Of a stretch of 64,000 nt of DNA, positions 20,096-28,944 are shown piece by piece. The DNA is from an uncultured delta proteobacterium (GTDB taxonomy: Bacteria > Desulfobacterota > Desulfobacteria > Desulfobacterales > CAWEAR01): the NCBI GenBank assembly GCA_963806835.1, contig CAWEAR010000013.1, positions 16,901 to 80,900 of the forward strand. Reading direction: 5' to 3'. The notes under the pieces were generated by a model that saw nothing but the letters and a program-made list of their open reading frames with translations, was not told where the DNA came from and did not search any database. Each line of letters opens with the position of its first letter. Within the stretch, counting starts at the first letter, position 1. Made by a program: the position numbers and the translations under genes.

Positions 20096-20278
20096 CCCCC
20101 TTCCCTAAAGGGCTACTCTATGCACACAATCTTGAAACTGTCTGAAAAATAAGGCGGTTTTATTTCCCCCTTTTGTAAAGGGGGCAGGGGGATTTCTGTA
20201 TAACAGCCTTAAAATCTAATCCCCCTTTAGAAAAGGGAGGAGATAAAAAGATGTGTGCATAGAGTAAAAGGGAAGGGG
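20096..20278. repeat. MITE-like element with about 30-bp terminal inverted repeats
   Basis: CCCCTTCCCTAAAGGGCTACTCTATGCACACA at the left end and TGTGTGCATAGAGTAAAAGGGAAGGGG at the right end. Internal CCCCCTTTTGTAAAGGGGG-type hairpins. Confidence 0.65.
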
Positions 20279-20490
20279 AGACCTTCTCATACTCTTTATT
20301 CCCCTCATATCATTCTCATGATTCAATTTTCTTATGAACCTATCCCATAATTATTTTTAACCGGTAGAAACAGGTAAAAGTTATAACTTTTTTTTCTTAA
20401 TATTTTTCTGTCAAACACTGACAGAATGTGCAATACAAATCTTATAGGTTTATATGGCCGATTGCTTAGCAGTTTCCTTGCCGAAATTTT

Positions 20491-22206
20491 ATGAAAAAAA
20501 TACTTCTCATCTATCCTTATTGTCTTGAAGAGCGGCTCCATGCTGAAGATGCAGGCATTGTACCGATGGGGGTTTATTATATCGGTGCATTGCTGAAGGA
20601 ACATCATTATGATGTTGAAATCCTGAATTTTCACAATATCAGATCGCCGCAGGCGATACAGGAGATTCTGAGAGCAAAACAGCCCGATATAATCGGTTTT
20701 TCCATATTAAACGCAAACCGTCATGGCGGCATAGAGATTGCCCGGATTGCGCGGCAAATCAATCCGGGTGTGAAAATCGTCTTTGGCGGTGTAGGAGCAA
20801 GTTTTTTATGGGAGCATTTTTTAACCCATTTTAAAGATATTGACGCGGTGGTTATCGGTGAAGGGGAATATCCTTTTTTGAATCTGGTCAAATGCTTTGA
20901 ATCAAAAGATGATTCACAACTGGAAAATATCAGGGGAATTGCATTCAGAAGAGAAGATAAGATTATAAAAACAGATGATTCCGAGTTTATACGTGATTTG
21001 GACAGCCTCCCTGTTCCTGCCAGATATTTCACATATCAGCATCTCTCTTTAACAAGAGGCTGCCCCGGAAATTGTACTTTCTGCGGATCACCTCAGTTCT
21101 GGAAACGTAAAGTCAGATTTCATTCCCCTGAATATTTTGTCAGTCAAATAGAAATCCTTTATAAAAAAGGGGTCAGATTCTTCTTTGTTTCAGACGATAT
21201 GTTCATGCTGAGATCAGGTTATGTAATTGAAATCTGCAAAAAAATTCTGGAGAGAAATATTAAAATCAGTTGGGCGGCGATCTCTCATGTCAGCCATGTT
21301 AATGAAGAGGTTCTTTACTGGATGCGGAGAGCCGGGTGCGATCAGATCAGCTACGGAGTTGAGAGCGGGTCGGAAAGAATAAGAAATCTGCTGAATAAAC
21401 CGATAAAAAAAGAGCAGATAAAAAAGGCATTCTCCATGACTGTCAGATACGGAATCTTAGCCCGCGCCTATTTTATTTACGGATGCCCAGTAGAATCATG
21501 GGAAACTGTTCAGGAAACCATAGATTTAATTGAAGATATTAAGCCGTTAAGTATTATCTTTTACATTCTTGATATTTTTCCCGGAACCGCTTTGTATGAA
21601 GATTTTAAGAGACGTTCTTCTGAAAAACCAGAGAGTGAAAATAGAGCATTTGATGACATCTGGTTAAAACAGATTGAAGATATGCTCTATTTTGAAACGG
21701 ATCCGGATTTATCCGAAGATATGATATTGAGATTCGGAGAGAAACTGAGGATGAGCTATTACAATGCTCTTCCTGATTTTGCAGATAAAATTGAGGTTAT
21801 CGCTGATAAAGAATTTTATGAACTTCACGCTGATTTTTTTTCAAAATTAGGAATGACCTTCAGTCACGGAGATTATGCAAATATTGAAGGGATCAGAAAT
21901 AAAGATGGTGTTGCTGAAAGACTTTATCAGAGAGCATCAGATTTTTATCCGAATTACCGGGCATATCTGGGACTTGGGATTATCCGGCAGAAAAACCTGG
22001 CATATCAGGAGTCCGTCAATATTCTTTCCAAAGGGCTTTATTATTTTCCCGAAAGCGAGCCGCTGAATATCTGCATGGGAATCAGTCTTATGAATATGGG
22101 AGAATATGATAAAGCACTCCCTTATTTTCTGAAATTCCGGGATTCAGAAGCAGCAGCATATTATATTTCAGAGTGTCAGAAAGCATCATTAAATAACGGT
22201 TTATAA
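20491..22206 (+). CDS. B12-binding-domain radical SAM enzyme with a C-terminal TPR-like region
   Basis: N-terminal cobalamin-binding-like Rossmann segment (DIIGFSIL...VFGG), a radical SAM cluster motif CPGNCTFC, and a tail with TPR-like helices (...YLGLGIIRQKNLAYQESVNILSKGLYYFPESEP...GEYDKALPYF). Confidence 0.75.
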   Translation: MKKILLIYPYCLEERLHAEDAGIVPMGVYYIGALLKEHHYDVEILNFHNIRSPQAIQEILRAKQPDIIGFSILNANRHGGIEIARIARQINPGVKIVFGGVGASFLWEHFLTHFKDIDAVVIGEGEYPFLNLVKCFESKDDSQLENIRGIAFRREDKIIKTDDSEFIRDLDSLPVPARYFTYQHLSLTRGCPGNCTFCGSPQFWKRKVRFHSPEYFVSQIEILYKKGVRFFFVSDDMFMLRSGYVIEICKKILERNIKISWAAISHVSHVNEEVLYWMRRAGCDQISYGVESGSERIRNLLNKPIKKEQIKKAFSMTVRYGILARAYFIYGCPVESWETVQETIDLIEDIKPLSIIFYILDIFPGTALYEDFKRRSSEKPESENRAFDDIWLKQIEDMLYFETDPDLSEDMILRFGEKLRMSYYNALPDFADKIEVIADKEFYELHADFFSKLGMTFSHGDYANIEGIRNKDGVAERLYQRASDFYPNYRAYLGLGIIRQKNLAYQESVNILSKGLYYFPESEPLNICMGISLMNMGEYDKALPYFLKFRDSEAAAYYISECQKASLNNGL

Positions 22207-22228
22207 GTTCAGTATATCTAAAATTTTT

Positions 22229-22297
22229 AAATGTTTGTAGTACCGCCTTTAGGCGGTTCTTTGCGTCCCGCCGCCTAAAGGCGGTACTGCAAACTTT
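22229..22297. repeat. Family-1 REP-like double hairpin
   Basis: TTTGTAGTACCGCCTTTAGGCGGT...CCGCCTAAAGGCGGTACTGCAAACTTTT. Confidence 0.85.
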
Positions 22298-22333
22298 TCG
22301 GTATTTTCGATCTACTGAAGTTTTCTGGTATAA

Positions 22334-22367
22334 AGACCTGCGGGGTTTCTGGAAACCCCGCAGGTCT
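22334..22367. repeat. Family-6 hairpin (GGTTTC-N-GAAACC core)
   Basis: AGACCTGCGGGGTTTCTGGAAACCCCGCAGGTCT, a perfect 16-bp stem. Relatives are at 28136, 30510, 32991, 35273, 44639 and 60820. Confidence 0.8.
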
Positions 22368-22462
22368 GGTATTGAAGAATTTATGAACTTACTTACCAAC
22401 CCGCTAAAATCAGACTTGACTATCTGCTGATCATCAGAATAAAATCAGGCTGAGGGGGAAAC

Positions 22463-22969
22463 ATGAGGCAGAAAGCAGAAAAAGCAATAAGAGAAGCAGC
22501 AGCCGGTCTGAAAGATTCATCAGGCTGGTACAGAATAGATCAGGTGAGAGAGCGTACTGCACTTATCAGAAAAGTCTTTGACAAAACAATACTTGATATG
22601 GCAAGAGTAGGAACTATTGAGCTTGCCAGCGTTGATGCCGACAATACCGGAGATGCTCAGATCGGAGAGCTTATAACTTACGGTAAAAAAATATATATCA
22701 GCTTTGCATTTTTGGAACAGGCTTCAGTTCCGGTTAAAGAACCGGAAAAGCCGGAATCTGAAACAGCAGATGCAAAATCTTTGAACGGAACCGGAGTATT
22801 GAATACAGAATCCGTAAAAACAAAATCAGAAAAAATGAATATCACATTGCAGGGATTTTACCGTACAGAATGGGAACAGTTTGAATATCTTTGCAAAATC
22901 AGAGAAGGAAAAAAAGGTATTCACAAGATATGGGAAATGATTTGTGAATACAATCGGAGAGGAAATTAG
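22463..22969 (+). CDS. Hypothetical protein (168 aa), no recognisable motif
   Basis: An ORF with a GGGGGAAAC purine-rich Shine-Dalgarno-like stretch upstream of the ATG. Its TAG stop lies inside an AATTAGG heptamer element. Confidence 0.4.
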   Translation: MRQKAEKAIREAAAGLKDSSGWYRIDQVRERTALIRKVFDKTILDMARVGTIELASVDADNTGDAQIGELITYGKKIYISFAFLEQASVPVKEPEKPESETADAKSLNGTGVLNTESVKTKSEKMNITLQGFYRTEWEQFEYLCKIREGKKGIHKIWEMICEYNRRGN

Positions 22970-23095
22970 GAATTGAGAATCTGGAATTAGGAATTTTATT
23001 TTAAATGTAAGGGGCAACTCATTGCGGTTTTTATTTTTTCAGGGTAAGCACAGGGGCTTACCCCTACAAAAAAATACAGATAAGGAAAGATACTG

Positions 23096-24001
23096 ATGAT
23101 TCATGATCTTCAGCAATGGAAACATAGCCATTATTATATTGATGATAACAGAGAGGGTGAAAAAAATACCCGCAGAGTTATCTTATTGACAATAGGGATG
23201 ATGGTTATTGAAATCATTTCAGGATTTGTCTTCGGATCAATGTCGCTGCTTGCTGACGGCTGGCACATGGGAACTCATGCCGGTGCTCTTGGTATCACGG
23301 TGTTTGCTTATTATTATGCACAGAAACATGCGGAGAATCCGAGTTATACTTTTGGCACAGGAAAGGTCGGCGTACTGGGAGGATTTGCCAGCGCGGTTAT
23401 ATTGGCAATTGCTGCATTGCTGATGGCAGCAGAATCGTTTCAGCGGCTTTTATATCCTAATCCGATACGCTTTAATGAGGCAATCGCTGTTGCATTTCTC
23501 GGTCTGGCGGTGAATCTGATCAGCGCATTTCTTTTACAGGAGCATCATCACCATGAAGAGAATGAGGAGCATTATCATGATCACAATTTAAGAGCCGCTT
23601 ATCTTCATGTACTTGCTGATGCCCTGACATCTCTGCTGGCAATCGTTGCATTATTTGCCGGTAAAATATTCGGGTGGATATGGATGAATCCGTTTATGGG
23701 GATTATCGGATCAACCGTTATTATGAAATGGTCTTATGGGCTGTTAAAAGATACAGGTAAAATCCTTCTTGACAGATCTGTGAACCGGCAAATGATTGAT
23801 GCCATATATTCGGCAATAGAATCGGATGCTGATAACAAAATAGCAGATATTCATGTCTGGCGGATCAGTTCAAATCATATCGGAGCAATAATTTCAGTTG
23901 TTACTTTAAAGCCGAATCACCCGGAATATTACAAAAAACTGCTCCGTGATTTTCATGAGCTTGTTCATATTACAGTTGAGGTTAATCCTGATTTATCCTG
24001 A
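23096..24001 (+). CDS. Cation diffusion facilitator transporter, DmeF/CzcD-like (Co/Ni/Zn efflux)
   Basis: Contains SMSLLADGWHMGTHA, FGTGKVGVLGGF, the His-rich loop QEHHHHEENEEHYHDHN and AYLHVLADALTS, with six TM segments. Confidence 0.8.
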   Translation: MIHDLQQWKHSHYYIDDNREGEKNTRRVILLTIGMMVIEIISGFVFGSMSLLADGWHMGTHAGALGITVFAYYYAQKHAENPSYTFGTGKVGVLGGFASAVILAIAALLMAAESFQRLLYPNPIRFNEAIAVAFLGLAVNLISAFLLQEHHHHEENEEHYHDHNLRAAYLHVLADALTSLLAIVALFAGKIFGWIWMNPFMGIIGSTVIMKWSYGLLKDTGKILLDRSVNRQMIDAIYSAIESDADNKIADIHVWRISSNHIGAIISVVTLKPNHPEYYKKLLRDFHELVHITVEVNPDLS

Positions 24002-24161
24002 AAATGTATTATTATCATTCAAATTTGGTTTTTTTGGCACAGTTTATGCGTACACAATTTGAAATTTTTCAACCGTCAATGTTTTTAAATCATCAATATA
24101 ATTGCCGACATTGATTCAGAAATCGCAAACTTTTATCATTTTGCTGCCCTTAATTAAATCT

Positions 24162-25184
24162 ATGACTGAGAATAATCAACAAAAAACAGCACATCGGATA
24201 AAACTTTTATTATCCTATCTGAAAAAAAAGGTTATCTGTCCGGGTGGACCTGTTTATCTGACAATCACTTCAACATCCCGGTGCAATCTTAAATGTCCAA
24301 TGTGTCCCAGAGCTATATCCGAATTCGGAGATCAGGATATTGATTTTGACTTATTTAAGAAGATCATTGATGAAGGATGTTATTTTGCCGAATCTGCGGT
24401 TCTCTACGGCGGAGGAGAGCCGCTGCTGAATCCTGAAATATTCAGGATGATAAGATTCTGCAAAGAAAAAAATCTCCGCACTGAGATTTCAACAAATGCA
24501 ACCCTGCTCAAAAGAGATACAATAGAAAAAATATTTGATTCAGGTCTTGATTATATTATTCTGGCGTTTGACGGAGCAACTCCTGAAGTTTATGAGAAAT
24601 ATCGGAAAGGAGCAATCTTTGAGATCACAAGAAGAAATATTTTAAATTTTCTGCAAAGAAAAAAAGAGCGGAATTCATCTTTAACAGTGATTATCCAAAT
24701 GGTACGCCTTCCTGAAAATCAGCATCAGATCAAAGATTTCATGAAATTATGGAATATTGAAGGGGTTGACAGTATCCGTATTAAAGAGGATGAAATCTGT
24801 ATTGACGGCGTTTGCCTGAATGACAGAAAAAAGAAGATTTTAAGGAGAAATCCGTGTCATCTGCTCTGGCAGGGACCTGTCTTTGTTTCAGAAAACGGGG
24901 ATGTTTATCCCTGCTGCTATATGTGGCGATCAGAACCTGTCGGTAATTTACGAAAAGAATCTTTGTTACAGATATGGAATAATAAAAAGATGACGGCTAT
25001 CCGGGCAGCGCATATTAAAAAGAATCTCTCAGGATTTCATGATTGTATCTCATGTAAAGCGGCAACCCCCCGGCTTGGGCTGATTATCGGCAGCTTTCTT
25101 ACTGATCCGTACAGAGTGCGCAGGATAATCCCTTTGATAGAAAAAATTTCACTGTTTTATAAGATTCCGTTTTTTGATCGCTGA
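24162..25184 (+). CDS. Radical SAM / SPASM-domain protein
   Basis: Cluster motif CNLKCPMCPR and a C-terminal Cys-rich SPASM-like region (CHLLWQGPVFVSENGDVYPCCYMW...CISCKAA). The ORF track starts at TTG 24102; the ATG at 24162 is more likely. Confidence 0.75.
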   Translation: MTENNQQKTAHRIKLLLSYLKKKVICPGGPVYLTITSTSRCNLKCPMCPRAISEFGDQDIDFDLFKKIIDEGCYFAESAVLYGGGEPLLNPEIFRMIRFCKEKNLRTEISTNATLLKRDTIEKIFDSGLDYIILAFDGATPEVYEKYRKGAIFEITRRNILNFLQRKKERNSSLTVIIQMVRLPENQHQIKDFMKLWNIEGVDSIRIKEDEICIDGVCLNDRKKKILRRNPCHLLWQGPVFVSENGDVYPCCYMWRSEPVGNLRKESLLQIWNNKKMTAIRAAHIKKNLSGFHDCISCKAATPRLGLIIGSFLTDPYRVRRIIPLIEKISLFYKIPFFDR

Positions 25185-25185
25185 A

Positions 25186-25264
25186 CCTGTAGGTTGGGGT
25201 TAATGAAATGAACCCCGACAAATATAAACCGTTGGGGTTCGCTTTGCTCACCCCAACCTACGGG
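25186..25264. repeat. Family-2 palindromic element
   Basis: CCTGTAGGTTGGGGTTAATGAAATGAACCCCGAC...GTTGGGGTTCGCTTTGCTCACCCCAACCTACGGG. Confidence 0.85.
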
Positions 25265-25302
25265 ACTCTGACTTTACCGCAAAGAAGACGCAAAGATCGC
25301 AA

Positions 25303-26750
25303 ATGTTATTGAACAAACAGGAGATAATAACAAAGAAAATGGGTATAAATGAAACACAGCAGAATCTTTTACGAAACCTTCCGGGTGTTGACTATATCCT
25401 TGAAATAATAAAGCAGGATGCTTTTTTTAAAAATATTCCGAAATCAGTTACAGTTGCTTCTGTCCGGCAGGCGATTGACTTATTTCGGCAGGTGATTTTT
25501 GAAGATAATCAGGAGATAACCGAAGAATCTCTTTCAGATGACAAGTTGATTGAACAAGTCAAAATATATGTAACAGATGCAATGACTCTGAATCTGAAAT
25601 ATGTGATAAATGCAACAGGTGTTGTTGTGCATACAAATCTGGGGAGATCCCTTCTTGCTGATGAAGCTGTTGAAAACATTTCACGCATTGCCGGAAGATA
25701 TTCAAATCTTGAATTTGATCTTGAAAAAGGGAAGCGCGGATCAAGATACAGTGCTGTTGAAGATATATTATGTGAAATCAGCGGGGCAGAAGCCGGAATG
25801 GTCGTGAACAACAATGCCGGGGCAGTCCTTCTTTCTCTTGAGAGCCTTGCAAAAGGGAAAAAGGTGATTATCTCCAGAGGGGAGCTTGTTGAGATCGGCG
25901 GTTCTTTCAGGATCCCGGATGTTATGGAGCGAAGCGGCGCTATTCTGAAAGAGGTCGGCACAACAAACCGGACTCATCTGAAAGATTATGAAAATGCTCT
26001 TGACGCAGATACAGCCCTGCTGCTGAAGGTTCATAAAAGCAATTACAGTATTGTCGGGTTTACCAAAGAGGTTTTGCTCAAAGAACTGGTCGCTTTAGGT
26101 GCAAAACATTCCATTCCTGTGATGGAAGATTTGGGAAGCGGTAATTTCATTGATTTTTCAAGATACGGCATGATAAAAGAGCCGACTGTACAGGATTCAG
26201 TAGCATCATGGGCTGATGTTGTTACATTCAGCGGCGATAAAATGCTTGGCGGTCCTCAGGCGGGGATTATCGTAGGAAAGAAGATATTTATTGATAAAAT
26301 CAGACAAAATCCCATAACCAGGGCATTGCGTATAGATAAACTGACTCTTGCCGCACTTGAAAGCACTTTACGGCTTTACAGGGATCCGGAAAAAGCTGTA
26401 AATGCAATTCCGACTTTGAGAATGTTGACAATCTCTTTTAAAGAGCTTGAAAAAAAAGCAGAACTCCTTGCTGAAAGACTTGATAAAATACAAGGGCTTT
26501 CTGTTGATTTGCTGAATCTCTCTTCACGGGTAGGCGGGGGATGCTTCCGCTTCAGGAGCTTCCAAGCAAATGTATCGGTATAAAGATCAAAGGAATCTCG
26601 GCAAATGCCATAGAGAAATATATGCGGGAAAATACTCCGCCGATTATCGGAAGGATTGAAGAAGATTTTTTTATCATGGATCTTCGGACAATTAGAGAGG
26701 ATGAATTCTCTTTTATTGAAGATGCTTTTGAAAAGATACTTATTTCTTGA
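25303..26750 (+). CDS. selA: L-seryl-tRNA(Sec) selenium transferase; frame break at a G run near 26540
   Basis: Contains LRNLPGVDYIL and VINATGVVVHTNLGRS, plus the PLP-lysine motif FSGDKMLGGPQAGIIVGKK. The second frame continues LPLQELPSKCIGIK...PPIIGRIEEDFFIMDLRTI. An alternative start is the ATG at 25339. Confidence 0.85.
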
Positions 26751-26798
26751 ATTCCCCCTTAAAATTAAATATGATAATTAAAAAGCTCAAAAATTCAG

Positions 26799-26890
26799 AA
26801 AAGTTTGTAGTACCGCCTTCAGGCGGTTACTGTGAAATCAGGAGATTATCTTTACACGCCATACCGCCTGAAGGCGGTACTACGAACTTT
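26799..26890. repeat. Family-1 REP-like element, long form
   Basis: AAAGTTTGTAGTACCGCCTTCAGGCGGT-TACTGTGAAATCAGGAG...CACGCCAT-ACCGCCTGAAGGCGGTACTACGAACTTT. Confidence 0.85.
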
Positions 26891-26942
26891 CTCGATTTGC
26901 TGAAATTAACTGAGTATTTACTGCTGAAAACAGGAAAACAGA

Positions 26943-28130
26943 ATGGAAAAGATAATATGTAAAGGATTTAAAGCATCAGGTGTTTCTTCGGGATTAAAGA
27001 AGAAGAGCGGAGAAAAAGACCTGGGGCTTATATTTTCAGAAGTTCCCGCGGCAGTTGCCGGTGTATTTACAACAAACAAAGTACAGGCTGCGCCGGTTCT
27101 TTTAGATAAAAAGCGTGTAGCATCCGGTATGTGTCAGGCGATTATAGTGAACAGCGGCAATGCCAACTGCTGCAACGGTGAGCAAGGTATGCTGGACGCT
27201 ATTGCCATGTCTTCATTTGCCGCCAATGGATTGAAGATTAAAGAAGAATCAGTTCTTGTTGCATCCACAGGGGTTATCGGAAAAACTATGGATATTGAAA
27301 AAGTAAAAAAGGCTGTTCCTGAGCTTGTAAAATCACTCAGTCCCGAAGGATTTTCCGATCTTGCCAAAGCGATCATGACTACAGATACTGTTCCGAAAAT
27401 GGTATCTAAACAGGGAAAAATAAACGGCAAAGAGTTTAATATTGTCGCTGTTGCAAAAGGTGCCGGAATGATCTGCCCGAATATGGCGACTATGCTATGT
27501 TTTGTCTGTTCTGATATAAAAGCCGCGCCGGAGTTTCTTAAAGAAGCTCTTTCACGGTCTGCGGATGTTTCATTTAACAGGATAACCATAGACGGGGATA
27601 CCAGCACCAATGACACGGTTCTTATCATGGCAAACGGGCTTTCAGGAGCAGAGATTAAGAATCAGGCTGATAAAGATATGTTTCAGGGGATGCTGGATGA
27701 GGTTCTTATCAGCCTTGCCAAAATGGTTGTAAAAGACGGAGAGGGAGCTACCAAATTAGTTGAAATTGATGTAAAAGGTGCTTTGTCAGATAAAGATGCC
27801 CGCGATGTTGCCAATACCATTGCCAATTCCAGTCTGGTAAAAACTGCTCTCTTCGGAGAGGATGCCAACTGGGGAAGAATCCTTGCCGCAGCAGGCAGAG
27901 CAAATGTTCCCCTTGATCCGAATAAAGCAGATATTCTTTTTGATAATGTGCTGATGGTAAAAAACGGCATGGGATGCGGAGAATCGGCTGAGGCTGAAGC
28001 AACAAAGGTGCTGAAAAAACCTGAGTTTGTTATATCCGTTGATCTGAAGCTGGGAAAAGGTGCGGCTTCGGTTTTTACCTGTGATTTTTCTGTGGATTAT
28101 GTAAAGATCAATGCAGATTACAGAAGCTGA
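26943..28130 (+). CDS. argJ: Bifunctional glutamate N-acetyltransferase / amino-acid acetyltransferase ArgJ
   Basis: Full-length OAT family member with the self-cleavage site PNMATMLCF, plus TIDGDTSTNDT and FGEDANWGRILAA. Confidence 0.9.
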   Translation: MEKIICKGFKASGVSSGLKKKSGEKDLGLIFSEVPAAVAGVFTTNKVQAAPVLLDKKRVASGMCQAIIVNSGNANCCNGEQGMLDAIAMSSFAANGLKIKEESVLVASTGVIGKTMDIEKVKKAVPELVKSLSPEGFSDLAKAIMTTDTVPKMVSKQGKINGKEFNIVAVAKGAGMICPNMATMLCFVCSDIKAAPEFLKEALSRSADVSFNRITIDGDTSTNDTVLIMANGLSGAEIKNQADKDMFQGMLDEVLISLAKMVVKDGEGATKLVEIDVKGALSDKDARDVANTIANSSLVKTALFGEDANWGRILAAAGRANVPLDPNKADILFDNVLMVKNGMGCGESAEAEATKVLKKPEFVISVDLKLGKGAASVFTCDFSVDYVKINADYRS

Positions 28131-28135
28131 TATAT

Positions 28136-28176
28136 AAACCCTAAGGGTTTCAGAAACCATTAGGGTTTTATTTTAT
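28136..28176 (+). terminator. Rho-independent terminator candidate after argJ (Family-6 hairpin plus T-rich tail)
   Basis: AAACCCTAAGGGTTTCAGAAACCATTAGGGTTT followed by TATTTTAT, 6 nt after the argJ stop. Confidence 0.55.
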
Positions 28177-28262
28177 ATTTGGGAGTTTTTTTCATGTTTC
28201 ATTATCTGTGAAGTGTGATTTCCTTATGATTTCTCTGATTGACTTGGTTAAACATTCATCTA

Positions 28263-28931
28263 TTATTTTGCAATCATAGCGCGCATTACATCGCCTGCAT
28301 TTTCAGCATGATCCGCTATAGAACCGATGATCTCAGCCAACCTGACCGTATGAAAAATACTGATCGGATCAATATTCATGTTAAAGACTTTTCTCTTTAT
28401 CATATCCTCAGCTTTATCAGCCTCATGCTCCTGCTGACGGATATTACGGATAATCTCTTTTACATGCTTCCGCTGTTTTTCTGAAAAATTTTTAAAATAT
28501 TTTCTCGCTTCAGCCACCATCACGGTTAATTCTTCAATCGGATCAATAATTGCATCCACTAAAAGAAAAAACTCTTTTTCAATCTCTTTGGGAATACCCG
28601 GCTCCTGTCTATAGGAAATCCAGTCAAGAGAATCCTGAACCGCATCAAGTACTGCATCCTGCTCTCTTAAATACATAAATAACTGAAATTTATCAACATA
28701 CATCAGCGCACCCTTGGGAATATGCCCCCGGATACGCCGTTTGATAACATCTGCTTCATCTTCAAGTCTGAAGACTTCCTGCCTAAGCTCTTCAAATGTC
28801 TGACATCTTTCTGTAACATGACACTCCATCGCCTGTTGAAAAGCCCATGCACATTCTTTCACCTTTTCCGCATGCTCCTGAACACCGCCGAAAGGGGAGA
28901 TCATAAAAAGCGACACAAACGGAATACGCAT
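28263..28931 (-). CDS. DUF47 / PhoU-like phosphate-transport regulator
   Basis: Helical protein in the position typical of the PiT-associated TIGR00153-type partner. It starts 13 nt after the PiT stop (MRIPFVSLF...). Confidence 0.75.
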   Translation of the reverse strand: MRIPFVSLFMISPFGGVQEHAEKVKECAWAFQQAMECHVTERCQTFEELRQEVFRLEDEADVIKRRIRGHIPKGALMYVDKFQLFMYLREQDAVLDAVQDSLDWISYRQEPGIPKEIEKEFFLLVDAIIDPIEELTVMVAEARKYFKNFSEKQRKHVKEIIRNIRQQEHEADKAEDMIKRKVFNMNIDPISIFHTVRLAEIIGSIADHAENAGDVMRAMIAK

Positions 28932-28944
28932 ATATTTATTCTCC

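Noticed and set aside
20095-20490. A possible cobalamin riboswitch upstream of the B12-binding radical SAM gene.
   Set aside because: No B12-box-like GCCACTG core or conserved riboswitch architecture is seen. The region is explained by a MITE-like element with long terminal inverted repeats.
23096-24001. The CDF transporter might be a magnetosome MamB/MamM-type protein.
   Set aside because: The sequence features (HSH N-terminus, SMSLLADGWHM, His-rich cytoplasmic loop) fit DmeF/CzcD-type metal exporters. No other magnetosome-type genes flank it.
28239-28484. + strand ORF of 81 aa overlapping the DUF47 gene, and the many other 60-150-aa antisense ORFs in the track (e.g. 3258..3729, 10894..11520, 29474..29929, 54336..54911).
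   Set aside because: They lie antisense or out of frame within strongly supported genes, are hydrophobic or low-complexity, and have no start context or family resemblance.
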